Below, one piece after another: positions 37,500 through 39,160 of a stretch of DNA of 39,160 bases. Every line of letters starts with the position of its first letter. The stretch's first letter is position 1. A program made the position numbers and the translations under genes. Below the pieces are notes generated by a model. It worked only from the letters and a program-made list of their open reading frames with translations, made no database searches and had not been told where the DNA came from. The stretch lies in NCBI GenBank assembly GCA_000697335.1, contig JNEM01007727.1, positions 1 through 39,160 of the forward strand, written 5' to 3'. The stretch comes from Conidiobolus incongruus B7586. Taxonomy: Eukaryota.

Positions 37500-37901
37500 T
37501 ATTAAGAGACTAGTTTTTTTAAATTCTTATATATATTTTTATATAATTTAATTAAATATAAATTATATAATTAATTTATACTTTTATAGTTAAATTAATT
37601 ATATAAATAATATTAAATTATCTAATAAATAAGGTTCTTCTTTTTTCTCTCAATTCTTATTATTCTTTATTTTTTATATTATTCTTAAGATTAAAATTAT
37701 ATTCTATTAATAATATAGCATATTAACACTACTTAATATAAATCTTAATATATTAGTGACTTATCTTAGTTTAAAGCTGAATTAAACTTTGTTTATATCT
37801 CCATATTATATTCTATGTTATATTGTCACATTCTGTACTTTACTACTTTTATATTAAGTCTTCCTCTATATTATATTAGTTTAACTATCACTATACTTAT
37901 A
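37500..37901 (+). repeat. 3' LTR
   Basis: TATTAAGAGACTAG (TG>TA) ... TACTTATA, after the PPT; aligns with the 5' LTR with mostly transition differences. Confidence 0.88.
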
Positions 37902-37906
37902 ATAAA

Positions 37907-37989
37907 TTTTAATATATTAGTGATTTATTTTAGTTTAAAGTTTAATTAAACTTTGTTTATATTTTCATACTATATTTTATATTATATTA
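37907..37989 (+). repeat. Outer (host) LTR, right part, interrupted by mariner copy C
   Basis: TTTTAATATATTAGTGATTT... resumes the LTR sequence exactly where 30889 stopped. Confidence 0.8.
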
Positions 37990-38486
37990 TTAATATAGAA
38001 ATTAAAAAATGGTTATTTTTTTAATTTTTGATCTTTTAAATATTTTATATATTTTGAAAAATTATATATATTTAAAAAATATAAGAAAATAAATATTTCC
38101 AAATTATATATATATATATATATATTAAATTTTAATTATTTTTTTTATTAAAATATTTTGATTTTAGCATTTATATTTAACTTTAATTATACTTAAATTA
38201 GATTATAATTATCCAAAAACTTTTATTTTTATATCTTTAAAACTTAATTATAAACACTTTAAAATCATTTAAAACTTTAAAATAGCTTATAAAGATAATA
38301 TTTTATCTAAAACTACCATATATTGTTAGATTTGTGATTTTAAAGCTAAAAGGGACATTATTTAAAATTTAGTAAAATTTAAAAAACTAATTTCTACAAT
38401 TATTTTTTCACTTGCTAATAAAATAAAAAAATATATTAAGAAATATCTTTTTATTTCTGTTAGAAAACTATTAAAGTAATTTAATA
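37990..38486 (+). mobile_element. Mariner copy C, 5' part (TIR, TA-repeat leader, N-terminal HTH region), interrupted by copy D
   Basis: TA + TTAATATAGAAATTAAAAAATGGTTATTTT TIR; inverted, more eroded copy of ~35710-36203. Confidence 0.82.
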
Positions 38487-39160
38487 TTACTTTGTAATTT
38501 AAATAATGGGAATTTTTTGCGATTGAAAAAAAATAAACATTTTAATATATACAAAGTAAAAATAAATATATAATATAAAATTAATAATTTCCTTTATTTC
38601 TAATAACTTTTTGCTATACTTTTGGCAAAGATCTAACACCTAAAAAACAGTTCTTTTTATTAAGGACTGAAATTTGATGTTTCACAAACCAATTAAATTT
38701 TCCTGCAGAAATTTTCTTTCCTGCAAGCTGGTTTTTTAATTGCCCAAAACAATTATAATCACATGGGTTATAATCTGGGGAATATACTGGATGTGGTAGT
38801 TCTTTCCAGTTATTTTTAATTAGAAAGTTTTTTACAACTTTAGATTTATGTATTTTGCAATTATCATGCAAAATAATAGGTCTTCTCAAATTATATTGAG
38901 AATACTAATTAGAAATAGTTTTATTTAAAAAAGAAATATAAAGTTTACTATTAATGGATTTTCCTTTAGGAACTAAATAAGAATAGCATATGCCATTATA
39001 ATCCATTGCTACAATTAACATTTGCTTATCAATAAAGTGCTTATTTAAAGGAATTTGTGGAGGGGGTTGATTGGGTTTAATCCAACACCTTGATTTATGT
39101 TTTGGCAAAGGATTATACAAAGGAATCCAAGATTCATCAATTACAATAATTCACTGTAAA
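38487..39160 (-). mobile_element. Mariner copy D (DD34D transposase C-terminal half), runs off the window
   Basis: TA + TIR-like TTACTTTGTAATTTAAATAATGGGAATTTT; IVIDESW, ILHDN, LPHPVYSPDYNPCD with exactly 34 residues between the second and third Asp; two in-frame stops in the visible part. Confidence 0.9.

Larger units (their letters stand above)
30890..37901 (+). mobile_element. Full-length degenerate Ty3/gypsy chromovirus LTR retrotransposon (~5.7 kb without the nested mariner), TSD ATAAA
   Basis: Two ~400-bp LTRs, 5-bp TSD ATAAA (30885-30889 / 37902-37906), PBS and PPT (AAGGGAG 37493-37499). Relic motifs in gypsy order: gag zinc knuckle CYYC (~32290), RT LLENKYIKP..IFFI*KADSG*KLYIN (~33360-33460) and IIYFNNILI (from YxDD, ~33740), RNase H, integrase IFTHHKISQIIILNKD (~36560), GPY-like YNPYKI (~37125), chromodomain EYYIDYII..YFYIK*ISY..EPLKNI (~37310-37425). 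Confidence 0.9.

Noticed and set aside
35205..39160. Stop-codon readthrough or alternative genetic code in the transposases
   Set aside because: The stops are simple transition products (TGG>TAG, CGA>TGA) and host genes use TAA, TAG and TGA as normal terminators.

Overview
This is an AT-rich eukaryotic window with short GT-AG introns. Gene content and intron style point to a fungus, probably an early-diverging lineage (inferred from the sequence, not demonstrated). The left ~28 kb is a gene block. It holds adenylosuccinate synthetase (ADE12, 8 exons), a class-A-like 7TM receptor, a small PY-motif membrane protein, an ABHD11-like hydrolase, CENP-C/Mif2, intronless SF3B3/Rse1, a PP4R1-like HEAT protein, a Sir2/SIRT1 sirtuin whose conserved N-terminal exons lack an ATG, and a beta-lactamase-family serine hydrolase. 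It also holds two frameshifted pseudogenes (cystathionine beta-lyase, biotin-protein ligase), a box C/D snoRNA predicted to guide 18S Am420, a tRNA-Gly(TCC) with an LTR-like island 19 bp upstream, and a tRNA-Lys pseudogene. The right ~9 kb (30355-39160) is a six-element transposon nest. A full-length chromodomain-bearing Ty3/gypsy element sits inside an LTR of its own family, and four mariner-type copies (DD34D where the catalytic region is readable) are interleaved. The nest is degraded almost entirely by C>T/G>A transitions, resembling a RIP-like genome-defence process, and the innermost right-hand copy is the least mutated.
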